From: Bacteroidota bacterium | GTDB lineage: Bacteria; Bacteroidota; Bacteroidia; Bacteroidales; UBA10428 | DNA length: 34,872 bases | Direction: 5' to 3' | NCBI GenBank assembly: GCA_017860375.1 | Contig: JAGDMB010000002.1 | Span: 1-34,872, forward strand | Shown: piece by piece, positions 33,608-34,872 of the stretch | Layout of the letters: each line of letters begins with the position of its first letter | How positions within the stretch are numbered: position 1 is the stretch's first letter | Notes under the pieces: generated by a model | The model's input: only the letters and a program-made list of their open reading frames with translations | What the model was told of the DNA's origin: nothing | The model's database searches: none | Made by a program: the position numbers and the translations under genes

Positions 33608-34872
33608 ATGGCAAATCTCAATGCTCGAATTCCGGATGGTCCGCTGGCTGAAAAATGGACCCATTTCAAGGCAACGCAAAAACTGGTCAATCCTGCCAAC
33701 AAGCGTAAGCTGGATATCATTGTGGTAGGAACGGGGCTCGCAGGTGCATCTGCAGCGGCAAGCCTTGGGGAACTGGGTTTTAATGTTAAAGTATTTTGTT
33801 ACCAGGATAGTCCCCGAAGGGCTCACAGCATTGCTGCCCAGGGAGGGATCAATGCGGCCAAGAATTATCCGAATGATGGAGATAGTGTGTACAGGCTGTT
33901 CTATGATACCATTAAAGGCGGTGATTACCGCGCCCGTGAGGCCAATGTATACCGGCTTGCTGAAGTCAGCGGATCGATCGTTGACCAGTGTGTTGCACAA
34001 GGTGTTCCTTTTGCACGGGAGTATGGCGGATTGCTGGATAACCGGTCATTCGGAGGCGCACAGGTTTCACGCACCTTTTATGCACGGGGGCAAACGGGCC
34101 AGCAACTTTTACTGGGTGCATACGGGGCCATGATGCGACAGGTAAATGCCGGTACTGTAACCCTGTATCCGCGCACCGAAATGCTGGATCTGGTAACGGT
34201 GGACGGGAAGGCCAGGGGCATCATAACACGGAACCTGGTCACGGGTCAGATAAGCAGGCATTTTGGCCATGCGGTTGTACTCGCTACTGGTGGTTACGCA
34301 AGAACTTTCTTCCTTTCGACTATGGCTATGGGAGCGAACGGAAGCGCGGCATGGCAGGCTTATAAAAAAGGCGCTTTATTTGCAAATCCGTCTTTTGTTC
34401 AGATCCATCCAACCTGTATTCCCGTGCACGGCAATTATCAGTCGAAGCTCACACTGATGAGCGAAAGCCTCAGAAATGACGGTCGTATATGGGTGCCAAA
34501 GAAAAAAGAAGACGCAGAGGCTTTACGGAAAAAAACAAAGCAGCCCTCCGACCTGGCCGAAGATGACCGGGATTACTATCTTGAAAGGAGGTACCCTGCA
34601 TTCGGTAACCTGGTGCCCCGCGATGTTGCCTCAAGAGCTGCCAAGGAACGATGCGATGCCGGATTTGGTGTAGGATCAGGTCTTGCAGTTTATCTTGATT
34701 TTGCAGACTCCATAAAACGGCTTGGTAAGAAAACCATTGAGGAACGTTACGGTAATCTGTTCCAGATGTACGAAAAGATCGTGGATGAAGATCCTTACCG
34801 GACGCCCATGATGATTTACCCTGCCATTCATTATTGCATGGGTGGATTATGGGTTGATTACCATATGATGAC
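33608..34872 (+). CDS. sdhA: Succinate dehydrogenase/fumarate reductase flavoprotein subunit (partial, runs off the window)
   Basis: Hand translation from ATG 33608: [17 protein letters not shown]...[15 protein letters not shown] (FAD dinucleotide fold), [14 protein letters not shown] (FAD-attachment His), and ...[15 protein letters not shown] near the end. Not in the ORF track because it has no stop inside the window. Confidence 0.92.
   Translation, partial: MANLNARIPDGPLAEKWTHFKATQKLVNPANKRKLDIIVVGTGLAGASAAASLGELGFNVKVFCYQDSPRRAHSIAAQGGINAAKNYPNDGDSVYRLFYDTIKGGDYRAREANVYRLAEVSGSIVDQCVAQGVPFAREYGGLLDNRSFGGAQVSRTFYARGQTGQQLLLGAYGAMMRQVNAGTVTLYPRTEMLDLVTVDGKARGIITRNLVTGQISRHFGHAVVLATGGYARTFFLSTMAMGANGSAAWQAYKKGALFANPSFVQIHPTCIPVHGNYQSKLTLMSESLRNDGRIWVPKKKEDAEALRKKTKQPSDLAEDDRDYYLERRYPAFGNLVPRDVASRAAKERCDAGFGVGSGLAVYLDFADSIKRLGKKTIEERYGNLFQMYEKIVDEDPYRTPMMIYPAIHYCMGGLWVDYHMM

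Noticed and set aside
1-34872. Scanned for CRISPR repeats, tRNA/rRNA-like segments, transposase or integrase genes, toxin-antitoxin pairs and defence-system hallmarks.
   Set aside because: No direct-repeat arrays, cloverleaf candidates, DDE/tyrosine-recombinase-like ORFs or nuclease/ATPase defence modules were recognisable. All long ORFs are accounted for by the features listed.

Overview
This 34.9-kb window looks like it comes from a Bacteroidota genome, probably an anaerobe. That placement is inferred from gene content: a Bacteroides-type fumarate reductase/succinate dehydrogenase cytochrome b subunit, a DUF5686-like outer-membrane protein, TAnnTTTG promoter-like motifs, an SOR-like protein and corrinoid enzymes. 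I found no rRNA, tRNA, CRISPR array, transposase or integrase.

The window has three blocks.

(1) 335-883: a signal-peptide-bearing superoxide-reductase-like protein, followed by a 56-aa two-helix membrane ORF that is not in the ORF track.

(2) 1092-20133 (possibly to 22659): a roughly 19-kb aryl-polyene/flexirubin-class type II PKS locus arranged as three tightly packed operons. It encodes 3 ketosynthases, 2 Cys-less KS partners, 2 ACPs, a ketoreductase, 2 hotdog dehydratases, a 4HBT thioesterase and an MIO ammonia-lyase. It also encodes a B12-binding radical SAM enzyme, an LpxL-like acyltransferase, a NodB deacetylase, a GT2-DUF2062 fusion, LolA-like and lipoprotein parts, and a 1287-aa MMPL/acyltransferase/methyltransferase fusion. 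No enoyl reductase, DarA/DarB or aryl-acid ligase is visible.

(3) 22842-34872: mostly housekeeping genes (acyltransferase, Dus, CPBP protease, Xaa-Pro aminopeptidase, sdhC/sdhA). Embedded in this block is a four-gene minus-strand operon at 28988-32734. It combines an alpha/beta hydrolase, a URO-D/MtaA-type Zn methyltransferase, a corrinoid protein and a stand-alone homocysteine-binding (MetH N-terminal type) domain, and has no pterin module.

The two best candidates for undescribed biology are this split, folate-module-less corrinoid methyl-transfer system and the cobalamin radical SAM plus lipid-anchor tailoring set inside the polyene locus. All functional calls rest on motifs read by eye from the translations. 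No database search was run.
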